From assembly GCA_963664225.1 (NCBI GenBank), contig OY760937.1:2976001-3040000 (forward strand): a stretch of DNA of 64,000 nt. The letters are read 5' to 3'. A program made the translations under genes and the position numbers. The stretch's first letter is position 1, and each line of letters begins with the position of its first letter. Origin of the DNA: Verrucomicrobiia bacterium. Lineage in GTDB: Bacteria; Verrucomicrobiota; Verrucomicrobiia; Limisphaerales; UBA1319. The notes beneath the pieces are model-generated. The model made no database searches and was not told the DNA's origin. It saw only the letters and a program-made list of their open reading frames with translations. This document shows positions 1 through 10,269 of the stretch, in pieces.

Positions 1-65
1 CTGCGTTTGTCATCCAGGCACGGAAGACGTTGGCGTGCAAAAGACCACAACGTGTGGTCCGTTGC

Positions 66-569
66 CTATGGCTTCGTCGGTTTTGCCGGGCTTGCCGGGA
101 CCGAATTGGTTGATTTCGAGGGGCTTGGCGTTTTGGCGTCGGCCTTTTTCTCAACGGCCTTGGCGGGAGCGGCTTCCTTGGGCTTGGCCGGCAAATAAAG
201 TGCGGTCAAATCGTATTTGGCATCGCCAAGGGCCAGTGCCCGCCCTTCCACGGCATCGCCAACTGTAACGGCGCTCATGATTTCCGGCTTTTCACCGGCA
301 TAAAACCGCGTCTCCGCAGTCACCTGATAGACGGTCTGCTTTTTGCCTTTTTCGAGTATGACGGTTTTAAGGATGGGATTCACGGCGACAACCTTGCCGC
401 TGATGGAGACAGGTTTCCCGTGGCTCTTTCTGGCGGCAGGCTTCGCAAGTGATTTTGAGGCCGGGATTGTCGGCACGGCGTTGGTGGACGTATCGGCGGC
501 AGCCACGGAAACGAGCGGCAGGGCGGCCAAAGTCGTTGCCAGGATGAAAGCGGCAAATGTTTTATTCAT
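66..569 (-). CDS. Secreted hypothetical protein (signal peptide, small beta-rich core resembling DUF5666, Pro/Ala/Lys-rich tails)
   Basis: 167 aa ORF; N-terminus MNKTFAAFILATTLAALPLVSVAAA is signal-peptide-like; central GKVVAVN...VTVGDAVEG segment. Confidence 0.6.
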   Translation of the reverse strand: MNKTFAAFILATTLAALPLVSVAAADTSTNAVPTIPASKSLAKPAARKSHGKPVSISGKVVAVNPILKTVILEKGKKQTVYQVTAETRFYAGEKPEIMSAVTVGDAVEGRALALGDAKYDLTALYLPAKPKEAAPAKAVEKKADAKTPSPSKSTNSVPASPAKPTKP

Positions 570-723
570 AAGGCTAAAATTGAACTATTCAGGGACGATT
601 CAAGCACCTTTATAAATGAGTTTAAGGCGTTTGTTGCATGATTGCAATGAACAATGCCCCACGGAAACAGAATTCCCTGGTGGCGGCCTTCTGGCGAAAG
701 ACGCTTTTCCCCGTCCTCAATTC

Positions 724-3700
724 TTATGGCACGAGGATCGTGCGGTAGAATTGCTGACCGACCGGTTTAGTCACGAGAATCCGCTTTTGGGTGGTCGTGG
801 CGGAGACGTTGGTTTGGGTCTGCCAGGCGCCACCCATCGCACCCACACTCTGGATTTCGTAACTCCTGCCCGGCACGGTCTGCAAGTACAGCGCGTTTTG
901 ATCCGTGCCAATGGCGGTTTTGTCATCGTCGGACAGGTCAGCGAGTCGGGGTGCGCGCTCAAATTCCAGCACAGAAGCGGCCGTGGTTGGATCCGTGCCC
1001 GCCCGCATTTCGGCCATGTTGCTCATGCCGTCCCGGTCGGCATCGTCCGTTTCCGCACTGGCCTCAGGAAACTTGTCCAGCAACCCGGACGATTGCGCCC
1101 ATGCCTGATAAGCAGACTCGTCGATCCATAGTGCAGTCCGCCGTCCCCCAAACGTGGGTCCCCAGCCCGTGGTGCCCGCGCGATAATAGACGACCATATT
1201 TGTGGCTGTATTGGCGGGCTCAATGGCGCCGACTAGTGCAGGTGCATTCCCTTCATAATAAATCCCCGTCAGGCGGGTGCAGCGGGTGAAAGCCTCAACA
1301 TTGATGACGGTGACACTTGCAGGAATTACAATGCTGACAAGGTTGCTGCAAAATCCGAATGACCAACTGCCTATGCTGGTGATGCTTCTCGGGAGTGTGA
1401 CATTTGTCAGGCCTGTGCAGAAAGAGAAAGCCATGTCATCGATTTTTGGAAAGTTGTCTGGAAAATTGATGTTCGTCAGACTGGAACAGGTGCTAAAAGC
1501 GAAATGACCCAACCGGATGACGCTTCCTGGAATGGTGAGATTCGTCAGACTGGTGCATTGATCGAACACACGCATGCCTATCGAGCTAACGCTGTTACCA
1601 ATATTTACGCTTTTCAAGCCGGAACATCCATAGAACGCAAAATCTCTTATATCAGTCACGCTATCAGGGATCGTAATACTCGTCAGGGCGGTGCATTCGT
1701 AAAACATATCGAGTTCGATTGTCTTGAGGCTGTTGCTGAGTTTCGCACTTATCAGTTTAGGGCATTTGTAAAACATCGCTAAGCCGAGTTTTGTGACGCT
1801 GTCCGGAATTTCAATATTCGACAGATTGACACAGTATTGAAAGGCCACTTTTCCAATACTAGTGATGCTGTTTGGTATCGTGATATTTGTGAGGTTTGTA
1901 CAACCATAAAATGCGCCTTCGCCAATGGTGTTGACAAGTCTTCCGAAAAGCGCATTCGGAATGGTCACGGCGCCACCGGGACCGGCGTAGCCGGTTATCG
2001 TGATGGTGGATCCATTTTGCAGGGTTACGAAATCAACGCCCGCGGGATCGATCCACAGCGTGGTCGGCCGTTCGCCGAAAGTGGCGCTCCAGTTCGTCGT
2101 TCCAGCGCGGTAATACACCGTGACGTTGGTGGCATCCAGAAACGGAGCGACCGCACCGGACAATGTTGGCGCGCTGGCTTCGAAATACAGGCCCGTCAGG
2201 CCGGAACATCCCGAGAACACCCCTTCCCCGAGGCTGGTCACCCGGTAGGGGATAATGACACTTGCAATCTGGGCGCAATCGGCAAACGCAAAGCTTCCAA
2301 TGTTGGTCACACTGTCTGGAATCGTAATATTTGCAAGGCCGACACAGCCAGAAAAAGCCCTGTCACCGATGAGGCCCACGCCGCTGGCGAAGGATATGTT
2401 GGTCAGTCCGCTGCAGCCAGCGAATGTCTCCATGGCTATCGTTGTAACCTTATTGGGAGCCGTGAAACTCGCCAGATTGGTGCAGCCCTTAAATGCGGCC
2501 ACTCCAATGTTGGTAATGCTCTCAGGCATTGTGATATTTGTCAGAGTGAGGCCATGACCAAAAGCATCGTCCCCAATACTTGTGACCGGCTCGCCAAATA
2601 TGGTGTCTGGAATGGTCACATTTCCCCCTGTCCCTGTATAACCAGTGATGGTGATGGCCGCGCCATTTTGCTGGTATGTGAAATCCTGAACATCGGTATC
2701 ATACCACACCGCCGTGGGCTGACCGCCAAAGCTTCCACCCCAACCTGTGGCTCCCGCACGATAATACACGATTACATTGGCTGCAGTGTCGAATAAACCA
2801 CCGGGTCCGGGCAATGCGGGCGCATTTCCCTCAAAATAAACCTGTTTCAGGCTGGCACATCCTGAGAAGGCCAATTCCCCAATGGTGGCAATGCTTCCAG
2901 GGATGATAAGCCTCTCCAAATTAGTGCTGGCAAGGAAAGCAGAGGGATCGACGTTGGTGACAGACTCACCAAAGATTGTATCCGGAATGGTTGCAGATCC
3001 GCCTGAACCCGTGTAGGCAGTAATGGCCATCGTGGATCCGTTCTGCCGATAGGTATAATCCTGGACATCGGGATCATACCAGATGGCTGTGGGGAATCCG
3101 CCAAAGCTATTGCCCCAACCGGTTGTTCCATTGCGGTAATAGACAGTCACCATATTGCCTCCAATTAAAAGTGTCTTGTGAGTGGATAAGGATGGCAAAT
3201 TACCCTCGAATAACAAGCGTGTCAGATTTGTGCAGCCAGTGAAGGCATGAACATAAATGTAACCGGTGCTGGCTGGAAGTGTGATGTCTGTCAAGCTGGT
3301 GCAACCGGCGAATGTAGATTCTTCAATTACATAAAGGTCGTTTGGAAGTGCGACGTTCGTAAGCGCAGTACAATTAAAAAAGGAATTGCTGCCGATTCTA
3401 TTCAGACCATTTGGAATGGAAATACCGGTCAACCCACGGCAGTCAGAAAAGGCATAGGGTGTAATTTCATAGGAGGCATTGGTGATCGCATAACTGCCGA
3501 TCCTTCCGCCAGGATAGGCGATCAGTTTTTTCTTATACTGGTCCCACAAAACACCATCAATGCTGTTATAGGATAAGCTAAGGCTGTTCACATTTGTGTC
3601 CGTGTTGATGGCCGTCAACCCACTACAGCCGGAGATCGCCGCCGTCCCAATCTTGGTGACGGTGCGGGGAATCGTGTAGTTTCCAACTCTGGCTGGTGGA

Positions 3701-4599
3701 TACTGAACTAGCAGCGACTTGGTCTTGTTGAGCAGGGCGCCGTCCAACATGCAGTAGGCGCTGTTAAGGGGGTCCAGCGTAAAACCCATCAGGTTGCCGC
3801 ACCCAAGGAACGCCATGTCACCGATGGTGGTCACACTTGCCGGGATCGCGATATTTGTCAGGTTACCGCAAAAAGCGAACGCAGTGGATGCAATATTGGT
3901 GACCCCACTGGGGATTGAAAAACCACCGGATGTCTCTCCTGGTAACTGAACAAGTGTAGTTGCGTTCTTATCGAACAATACGCCGTCCTTGCTTGAAAAG
4001 AACTTGTTTAAAGGATCCACTATGAACGCCGTTAAACCGGTGCATCCAGAAAATGCAAAAAGTCCCACGCTGGTGACGCTGCCTGGAATCGTGACTTCTT
4101 TAAGACCAAGACAATCCGAAAATGCCAGAGACCCGATCTTTAGAAGTCCATCTGGAAGTGTGAGACTCCGCAAGCCTGTGCAGCCAAAAAATGCTCTGGT
4201 TCCGATGCTTTTTACCCCTGGCATCATAATATTTGCGAGGCTGTTACAGCCGAAAAACGCATCATCGTTGATGTTTGTGACACTGTTTGGGATCGAGATG
4301 CTTGTCAGATTTGTGCATCTATTGAACGTCAACCCAATCCCGGTCACTGGGCGATTATCGATGACGGATGGGATGACCACGTCTCCGCCTGGACCATTGT
4401 ATTTTGTAATGATTATGTAATTGATGTCCGCGAAATATGTGAAATCACCATAAGTCTGCGCCCGCCCCGAGGTCATCGTTCCAATGAGTGCGACCAATAG
4501 GAGGCAAAGGCTCCAGCGCGATTTGGCGGGGGATCGGAACACATTAAGGCAGCCCAACCGTAAAACGGCCCGCAGTATAACCCGGGATATTCGGTTCAT
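724..4599 (-). CDS. BspA-type leucine-rich repeat (LRR_5) surface protein with repeated modules and an acidic Ca-binding-like C-terminal region
   Basis: Many xIPxSVTxIGxxAFxGCxxLxxI repeats in four blocks, each closed by VYYRxGxTxWxxxFGxxPTxxW; C-terminal DDADRDGMSNMAEMRAGTDP; start placed at ATG 4599 ahead of a hydrophobic signal-like stretch. Confidence 0.9.
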   Translation of the reverse strand: MNRISRVILRAVLRLGCLNVFRSPAKSRWSLCLLLVALIGTMTSGRAQTYGDFTYFADINYIIITKYNGPGGDVVIPSVIDNRPVTGIGLTFNRCTNLTSISIPNSVTNINDDAFFGCNSLANIMMPGVKSIGTRAFFGCTGLRSLTLPDGLLKIGSLAFSDCLGLKEVTIPGSVTSVGLFAFSGCTGLTAFIVDPLNKFFSSKDGVLFDKNATTLVQLPGETSGGFSIPSGVTNIASTAFAFCGNLTNIAIPASVTTIGDMAFLGCGNLMGFTLDPLNSAYCMLDGALLNKTKSLLVQYPPARVGNYTIPRTVTKIGTAAISGCSGLTAINTDTNVNSLSLSYNSIDGVLWDQYKKKLIAYPGGRIGSYAITNASYEITPYAFSDCRGLTGISIPNGLNRIGSNSFFNCTALTNVALPNDLYVIEESTFAGCTSLTDITLPASTGYIYVHAFTGCTNLTRLLFEGNLPSLSTHKTLLIGGNMVTVYYRNGTTGWGNSFGGFPTAIWYDPDVQDYTYRQNGSTMAITAYTGSGGSATIPDTIFGESVTNVDPSAFLASTNLERLIIPGSIATIGELAFSGCASLKQVYFEGNAPALPGPGGLFDTAANVIVYYRAGATGWGGSFGGQPTAVWYDTDVQDFTYQQNGAAITITGYTGTGGNVTIPDTIFGEPVTSIGDDAFGHGLTLTNITMPESITNIGVAAFKGCTNLASFTAPNKVTTIAMETFAGCSGLTNISFASGVGLIGDRAFSGCVGLANITIPDSVTNIGSFAFADCAQIASVIIPYRVTSLGEGVFSGCSGLTGLYFEASAPTLSGAVAPFLDATNVTVYYRAGTTNWSATFGERPTTLWIDPAGVDFVTLQNGSTITITGYAGPGGAVTIPNALFGRLVNTIGEGAFYGCTNLTNITIPNSITSIGKVAFQYCVNLSNIEIPDSVTKLGLAMFYKCPKLISAKLSNSLKTIELDMFYECTALTSITIPDSVTDIRDFAFYGCSGLKSVNIGNSVSSIGMRVFDQCTSLTNLTIPGSVIRLGHFAFSTCSSLTNINFPDNFPKIDDMAFSFCTGLTNVTLPRSITSIGSWSFGFCSNLVSIVIPASVTVINVEAFTRCTRLTGIYYEGNAPALVGAIEPANTATNMVVYYRAGTTGWGPTFGGRRTALWIDESAYQAWAQSSGLLDKFPEASAETDDADRDGMSNMAEMRAGTDPTTAASVLEFERAPRLADLSDDDKTAIGTDQNALYLQTVPGRSYEIQSVGAMGGAWQTQTNVSATTTQKRILVTKPVGQQFYRTILVP

Positions 4600-4792
4600 G
4601 ATGAACCAGTAATGTCTTACAGGGAATGGAATGCAAGCGGCAAAATAACTGGGAGCCGGCCATCCATTCACCTCACGCCATGTTCCCAGTGAATCCCACA
4701 GCGCTGGCCGGATCGCCACGCATTCCAGCCAGTCCTGTCGAGCCCGTCCTTGTGCGACGGCGGCGGCGAGGTTATTCTGGCAAGATATTGTT

Positions 4793-5479
4793 ATGATACA
4801 TCAAGAAGAGCATTTCCAGGGCAATGACATGGTCAGGGACGTGGTGATCGGCATGGCCGATGGGCTGACCGTTCCCTTCGCGCTGGCGGCGGGCATTTCC
4901 GGCGCGGTGAACGCGGTGCATATCGTGGTGACGGCGGGCATCGCGGAGATCGCGGCGGGATCGGTGGCGATGGGCCTGGGCGGCTACCTGGCGGCGCGCA
5001 GCGAAATGGAGCACTACCACAGCGAGCTTAAACGGGAGGAGCGGGAAATTGTGGAGCTGCCGGATGTGGAGGAACGGGAAATCGCCGATTTGTTCAAGGC
5101 CTATGGATTGACGGATGAAGAAGTGGCGCCCGCGGTGGCAGGCCTGAAGCGCAATCCGGTGGCATGGCGCGATTTCATGATGAAATTCGAACTGGGTCTC
5201 GAGGAACCCGATCCCAAGCGCGCGCTTCAATGCGCGGCAACGATTGCCATCTCGTATGTGGTGGGCGGTCTGGTCCCCCTGGCGCCTTACATGATTCTCA
5301 ACGATTCGAGTACGGCCCTGGGCTGGTCGGTGGTGGTCACGCTCATAGCCCTGGCGGTGTTCGGATTTGTGAAGGGGCATTTTACGGGGGTGTCGCGCAT
5401 TCGCAGTGGCCTGCAAACGGTGGTGGTGGGCGGTTTGGCGGCGGCTGTGGCCTTTTATCTGGCGCGCCTTTTTTCATAG
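4793..5479 (+). CDS. VIT1/CCC1 family iron/manganese transporter
   Basis: RDVVIGMADGL, AGSVAMGLGGYLA and MMKFELGL motifs; several TM segments. Confidence 0.92.
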   Translation: MIHQEEHFQGNDMVRDVVIGMADGLTVPFALAAGISGAVNAVHIVVTAGIAEIAAGSVAMGLGGYLAARSEMEHYHSELKREEREIVELPDVEEREIADLFKAYGLTDEEVAPAVAGLKRNPVAWRDFMMKFELGLEEPDPKRALQCAATIAISYVVGGLVPLAPYMILNDSSTALGWSVVVTLIALAVFGFVKGHFTGVSRIRSGLQTVVVGGLAAAVAFYLARLFS

Positions 5480-5591
5480 AAAACGCGCGGATGGATGGGC
5501 TTGATGCGGACGACAAAAGCGCCCTGCACTTTTTCGCGTTGAATTAAGCCGTCCATTTATATATGCTGGTGTCACAAAAATTAAGGACTCA

Positions 5592-6425
5592 ATGAAAAAA
5601 GCATTCATTTCGATCGTGTTGTTGGCTTTGGCGGTCCCGGCCTTCGCGGAAGATGCGGCGGTGACGCTCAAGGATGCCAAGCAAACAAACAGTTACAGCA
5701 TTGGCATGAGCCTGGGCAATATCTGGAAGACTCAGGAATTGGATGTGGACCTGGACGTCATGCGCAAGGGTATCACCGACGCGATGAGCGGCGGCAAAAC
5801 CATCCTGACGGAGACTGAGGCGCGCGCCGCGCTCAATCAGATGCAGCAGGAAGTGCGCACCAAGATGGAGGCCAAACGCAAGGTCCAGGGCGAGAAAAAC
5901 AAGACCGAAGGCGAGGCCTTTCTGAAGGAAAACGCCGCCAAGCCCGGCGTGGTCACACTGCCCAGCGGTTTGCAGTATAAAATCACCGCCGAAGGCACCG
6001 GCGCCAAACCCACGAGCAACGACACCGTTACCGTCAACTATCGCGGAAAGCTCATCGACGGCACCGAGTTCGATAGTTCCTACTCTCGCAATCAGCCCGC
6101 CACATTCGCCCTTAATCGCGTCATCAAGGGCTGGACCGAAGGCATTCAGCAGATGAAGACCGGTTCCAAATGCGAACTCTACATCCCCTCCAACCTCGCT
6201 TACGGCGAGGCCGGTTCGGGCATGAAAATTTCGCCCAATGCGACGTTGATCTTCGAGGTGGAACTTCTGGCCATCAAAGCCGCAGCAACACCCACAAACC
6301 AGCCCGTCACCAGCGACATCATCAAGGTGCCTTCATCCGAGGAAATGAAGAAGGGCGCCCAGATCGAGGTGATCAAGAAGGACGACCCCCGCGTAAAGGA
6401 AGCGGAACCCAAGAAGGCGGAGTAA
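5592..6425 (+). CDS. FKBP-type peptidyl-prolyl cis-trans isomerase (FkpA/Mip-like)
   Basis: Signal peptide, SYSIG N-terminal dimerisation domain, VTLPSGLQY, VNYRGKLIDGTEFDSS, VIKGWTEG, LIFEVELL. Confidence 0.95.
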   Translation: MKKAFISIVLLALAVPAFAEDAAVTLKDAKQTNSYSIGMSLGNIWKTQELDVDLDVMRKGITDAMSGGKTILTETEARAALNQMQQEVRTKMEAKRKVQGEKNKTEGEAFLKENAAKPGVVTLPSGLQYKITAEGTGAKPTSNDTVTVNYRGKLIDGTEFDSSYSRNQPATFALNRVIKGWTEGIQQMKTGSKCELYIPSNLAYGEAGSGMKISPNATLIFEVELLAIKAAATPTNQPVTSDIIKVPSSEEMKKGAQIEVIKKDDPRVKEAEPKKAE

Positions 6426-6447
6426 TTTACGACTTTTTAATGCAAAG

Positions 6448-6479
6448 ACCGGCGGGTCACAAGCCCGACGGTTTTTTTT
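6448..6479 (+). terminator. Rho-independent terminator between convergent genes
   Basis: Imperfect GC-rich stem ACCGGCGGG...CCCGACGGT followed by a T8 run, about 20 nt after the FKBP stop. Confidence 0.75.
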
Positions 6480-6492
6480 ATGCCCGCGTTTC

Positions 6493-7284
6493 TTAGGCTT
6501 TGCTGACGCCGGTTGAGGGGCCTGGTTCGGCCCGGATGATGCGGTCGTCGAAACTGGGTTGGACGATATGTTCGCGCGGCACGGTGAGGAATTCGGCCTC
6601 GTTCCATGGGCCGTCTAGCCACCGCTGCAAGAGGCCGCTGTCCCCGGCGATCTCCTTCATCTTCCATCCATTGCGCCCGCAAATCTCAGCCACCTGTTCC
6701 TGAAGGCGCATGGCCTGATCGAAATCGAACCGGATCAACAAGCCCTGGTGGTAGCTCTGCATCCATTGCTCGGTGAGACTGGCCAGGTAACGGGCGTTGT
6801 CCTCGCCGTATTTGGCCACCAACTCCGCAAAATTCCGCCCCTGCGTGATGGCGGGGATTTGCGTGGCCATGTCCTCGGAGGGCGCGGCGAGGCCCTTGGC
6901 GCGGGCACGGCGATGCGGGAATTCGATCCAGCCCGCCGTGAAGAAATAGGTGCCGGAGTTTTCGTTGAACACGGTTTGGTAGCGTTCCCTGGAGCCGAGG
7001 AAGAACGTGAGGCAATCGTGCGCCCGGGGAACAATCAGCGGCGTGTGACGGGCTTCCAGTCCATTGAGAATCTGGTTGCAGATGCCGTAACCGACCAGAA
7101 TGGCGTCGTAGCGGCCTGCGGGCACGGCATCGATGCGGCTCTGCAGATCGACATGGCCCTTTTTGGGCTCGTCGTGGTTGCCCACGGGCAGGAATTCCAG
7201 ATCGGCCACGCTCGGCGAATGGGCCACCGCCCAGCCGATCTCCCGGCAGGCAACCTCGCAGGCGATGATTTTTAAATGCTGCAT
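6493..7284 (-). CDS. DUF1638 domain-containing protein
   Basis: IIACEV...REI, YDAILVGYGIC, PRAHDCLTFFLGS, GTYFFTAGW motifs; start placed at MQHLKII. Confidence 0.8.
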   Translation of the reverse strand: MQHLKIIACEVACREIGWAVAHSPSVADLEFLPVGNHDEPKKGHVDLQSRIDAVPAGRYDAILVGYGICNQILNGLEARHTPLIVPRAHDCLTFFLGSRERYQTVFNENSGTYFFTAGWIEFPHRRARAKGLAAPSEDMATQIPAITQGRNFAELVAKYGEDNARYLASLTEQWMQSYHQGLLIRFDFDQAMRLQEQVAEICGRNGWKMKEIAGDSGLLQRWLDGPWNEAEFLTVPREHIVQPSFDDRIIRAEPGPSTGVSKA

Positions 7285-7321
7285 ATTGTATGCTTGTGTT
7301 CCCGGCGCTCTCCTTTGTCCT

Positions 7322-7345
7322 GTAGGCCGGGTGCCCTCACCCGGC
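7322..7345 (+). repeat. GTAG-type REP-like palindrome
   Basis: GTAG followed by a perfect 8 bp stem GCCGGGTG-ccct-CACCCGGC, intergenic. Confidence 0.6.
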
Positions 7346-7356
7346 GCTCCCAATGC

Positions 7357-8478
7357 TCACGCCTTGCATCCCAGGCCGAGCACCTCTTTGCAGTATTTGA
7401 TGCTGCGCTCCAATTCGGCCTTTTGGTAATTCTGCTCCGCAATTTTTTTGTCCACGCCTTCCGGGGCTTTGTAGGGTTCGCGCTTGGTTCCACGACGGGA
7501 CATGGCCACAAAGGCCGCGAGATCGGCGGCATGGGCCTTGGGAAAGGCCTTCCAAAATTCATCCTTCAAATAGGGGAACGACACTGAAAAGCCCGAGATG
7601 ATTTCCAGAATGAAGGGTGTTTGCGGGCAGAGTTGCGCGAACCGGCGCGCGTAGGCCTTGAAGTCCATCTGGCCCTCCCCAATGGCCGTCCACTGCACCA
7701 TGGAGCCATCCGGGTAATCCCAGATGGCCGAATCGCGCAGGCCGGTGGTGACGGCGTAAGGCCCCAGGGCCTCCAGGTTGCGCATCGGATCTTCCAGTGT
7801 CCAGGTGGCATTGCCGCAGTCCATGGTGGCCCCCACGTAATCGCGCCCGGCTTCCTCGATCAAATTCACCAGCTCCCATCCCTGCATGTCGCCGGCGTGG
7901 TTTTCGATGGCGATTTTCACCCCCGCATCCAGCGCCTGCGTGCGCGCCGCTTTGAGCACCTGGATCGTATCCCGAATGCGCGCCTCGATGCCCCCCTCGG
8001 TCTGCCTATCTTCCCGTGTGCCCTGCACGCAGCGGGCCACGGGCGATCCCAGCGCATGGGCGGTGCGGATCAGCAGGGACAGGTATTCCCCCGCCGTGCC
8101 GCGATTTTTGCGAAACGCCTTGGACGTGGGACAGATGCTCCAGCCGCCCACATGGATTTGCAGGCCCAAATCGTCCGCCTTCTTCTTCAAGTCCTTCAAC
8201 TTGTCCTCTTCCAGGCTCTCGAAGACGTCGAGATCCGAGAAGAACATCACATCGAGCTTTTGTTCCGCGGCGTAATCCAGGAATTGCGGCGCCTTCCAGC
8301 CCAGGGCGCGCAGTGAAAAATTATCGAAACCAAGTTTGGTTTTTGTGGCGGCAGAGGCGGATTCCGCACCGATGACGGGCAGGGCTGCGGCCAGTCCGAT
8401 GCTGGCGGCGCCGAGGGTTTTGACAAAGTTCCGACGGGAAAACTGTGGGGCGCTTTTTTCGAGGGGCGTCATAGACAT
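7357..8478 (-). CDS. Sugar phosphate isomerase/epimerase (xylose isomerase-like TIM barrel) with a Tat signal
   Basis: SRRNFVK twin-arginine motif; IAIENHAGD, MDCGNA and GLRDS AP_endonuc_2-like motifs; start at ATG 8478 or 8472. Confidence 0.85.
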   Translation of the reverse strand: MSMTPLEKSAPQFSRRNFVKTLGAASIGLAAALPVIGAESASAATKTKLGFDNFSLRALGWKAPQFLDYAAEQKLDVMFFSDLDVFESLEEDKLKDLKKKADDLGLQIHVGGWSICPTSKAFRKNRGTAGEYLSLLIRTAHALGSPVARCVQGTREDRQTEGGIEARIRDTIQVLKAARTQALDAGVKIAIENHAGDMQGWELVNLIEEAGRDYVGATMDCGNATWTLEDPMRNLEALGPYAVTTGLRDSAIWDYPDGSMVQWTAIGEGQMDFKAYARRFAQLCPQTPFILEIISGFSVSFPYLKDEFWKAFPKAHAADLAAFVAMSRRGTKREPYKAPEGVDKKIAEQNYQKAELERSIKYCKEVLGLGCKA

Positions 8479-8736
8479 TGCTTTCGATCGCATTTCATTT
8501 ACGGGCTTGTTTCTGGCGATCAATTTAAGGGGTTCGCCGCGGTTTGCGACAAAAAAGGAGGCGGGGAAAAAAGTCCCGTCCTGAAACAGGTTGTCACAGA
8601 TGAGACAATAAACGGTGTCAGAAGGGTGGGAATAAGGTCCAGTGATTCGTTTAACCCGAAATCCGAAATACGAATGGTCAAGATGATGCAATGCTTTGAG
8701 GCAGCCATGATTTGCAATCGGCGAGGGTGTATTAAA

Positions 8737-10268
8737 CCCGAACTCCGAGATAGAAAAAGAGGTCGCAATGCGCAACCTTCTGAGGCAATAGGGTTTGATG
8801 CTAAACAAGCCCGCTTCAGACTCGCACAAAACGACCCCAGTCGAAATTAGCGCTCTTTTCGGCCAAGCCAAGCTCTATCTGGATGAGACTCCCAAGGCCA
8901 TAACCCCCTTCGGCGGTCTGGCTTCATTCATAACCTTTTTGGGTCAGATCGGCTATGCGCAGGCGGTGCAGCGGTGCTTGCCGTTTGCCGCGCCCACTTC
9001 ACCTAATGCCATTCCTCTAGCCCATACGCTGACCAGTTTTATCGTATCTGTGGTGGCGGGAGCACGCCGCTTTGCCCACTGTCAGTGGCTGCGTGCCGAT
9101 CATGTTCTGCACGCCATGCTGGGGATGGAACGTTTCCCGGGCGATGACACCATCCGCAACTTCTTCCTGCACTTTGGCCAGGGCCACATCGAAGCGTTCT
9201 GGCGACCGCTCTGGCGATGGCTGCTCAATCTGCTGGCCTGCCCCAAGGCAGGCTTCTCGTTGGATCTGGATTCGACCGTGTTCTGCCGGGAGGGTTCGCA
9301 GGAGGGGGCTGCCAAGGGGTACAATCCACGCCGCAAGGGGCGCAAGAGCCATCATCCGCTCCTGGCGGTGCTGGCCGAAGCGCCGTTTATCCTGCATGGA
9401 TGGTTGCGCAGCGGCAACACCGGAGCCGCGCGCGGGGTGGTGCCGTTTTTGCAGGAGGCATTGGCCCTGTTGCCCGAGGGAACGTGGATTCGGTGCGTGC
9501 GTGCCGACAGCGGGTTCTTCGATGAGGCGTTAGTGACGTTTTTGGAAATGCGCAAATTAACCTACATTGTGGTGGCGCGCATGACCTCCACGATCAAATA
9601 CCATTGCGTGGGAATCCAGAACTGGAAAGCCATCGATGAAAATCATGCCGTGGGGGAGTTTAGAGCCCAACTCTTTGGCTGGTCCACTGCCCGGCGATTC
9701 GTGGTGCTGCGGGAGCGGATCAGGGAAGACAAGGAGGCTCTGGGTCGCAAGCTCATTGATGTGCCCGGTTACACCTTTCGAGTGTGCGTCACCAACCGAA
9801 GTGAAGGCGCGCTGGAACTGTGGAGGGACTACAACGGAAGGGCCACCATCGAGCAGCGGATCGAGGAGCTGAAGAATGATCTGGCTGCCAACGGTTTTTG
9901 CCTGAAATCGTTTTTCGCCACCGAGTCGGCGTTTCTGGCGGTGCTCTTCACATTCAACCTGCTGAGTCTTTACCAGCATCAGACCACTCCAACCCAGCCA
10001 TACCGCCAGCCAGGAACATTGCGGACGACGGTTTTTCTGGCGGGAGCCCTCTTGGGAACGATGGGGCGTGATGTGGTGGTGAGGCTCTCGGCGGCCTGGG
10101 GTGGACTGGCTAAACACAAGCCGTTGATAGAAACCACGTTGAACTGGTTGAAAAGCGCGTCGCCGAAGTTGGTGCCACCGGAAGCCCGGCAAGCTTTCGG
10201 AGGGGGCGGAATATGACCGGAGGGGTTAGCGGTTCCCTAAAAAAACCGACCTAACTTCGGAGTTCGGG
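8737..10268 (+). mobile_element. IS1380 family insertion sequence (1532 bp)
   Basis: 12 bp IRs CCCGAACTCCGA (8737-8748) and TCGGAGTTCGGG (10257-10268); TSD TTAAA at 8732-8736, with the second copy split by the intron into T(10269)+TAAA(12245-12248). Confidence 0.9.
8798..10216 (+). CDS. IS1380 family DDE transposase
   Basis: ITPFGG, LDLDST, GYNP...HPLL, LRSGN, VRADSGF and YNGRATIEQRIEELK motifs of DDE_Tnp_1_4; uninterrupted frame. Confidence 0.93.
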   Translation: MLNKPASDSHKTTPVEISALFGQAKLYLDETPKAITPFGGLASFITFLGQIGYAQAVQRCLPFAAPTSPNAIPLAHTLTSFIVSVVAGARRFAHCQWLRADHVLHAMLGMERFPGDDTIRNFFLHFGQGHIEAFWRPLWRWLLNLLACPKAGFSLDLDSTVFCREGSQEGAAKGYNPRRKGRKSHHPLLAVLAEAPFILHGWLRSGNTGAARGVVPFLQEALALLPEGTWIRCVRADSGFFDEALVTFLEMRKLTYIVVARMTSTIKYHCVGIQNWKAIDENHAVGEFRAQLFGWSTARRFVVLRERIREDKEALGRKLIDVPGYTFRVCVTNRSEGALELWRDYNGRATIEQRIEELKNDLAANGFCLKSFFATESAFLAVLFTFNLLSLYQHQTTPTQPYRQPGTLRTTVFLAGALLGTMGRDVVVRLSAAWGGLAKHKPLIETTLNWLKSASPKLVPPEARQAFGGGGI

Positions 10269-10269
10269 T

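Noticed and set aside
8479..8871. Long N-terminal extension of the TIM-barrel ORF (504 aa call)
   Set aside because: It reads through the MITE and IS ends; the Tat signal marks the real start near 8478.
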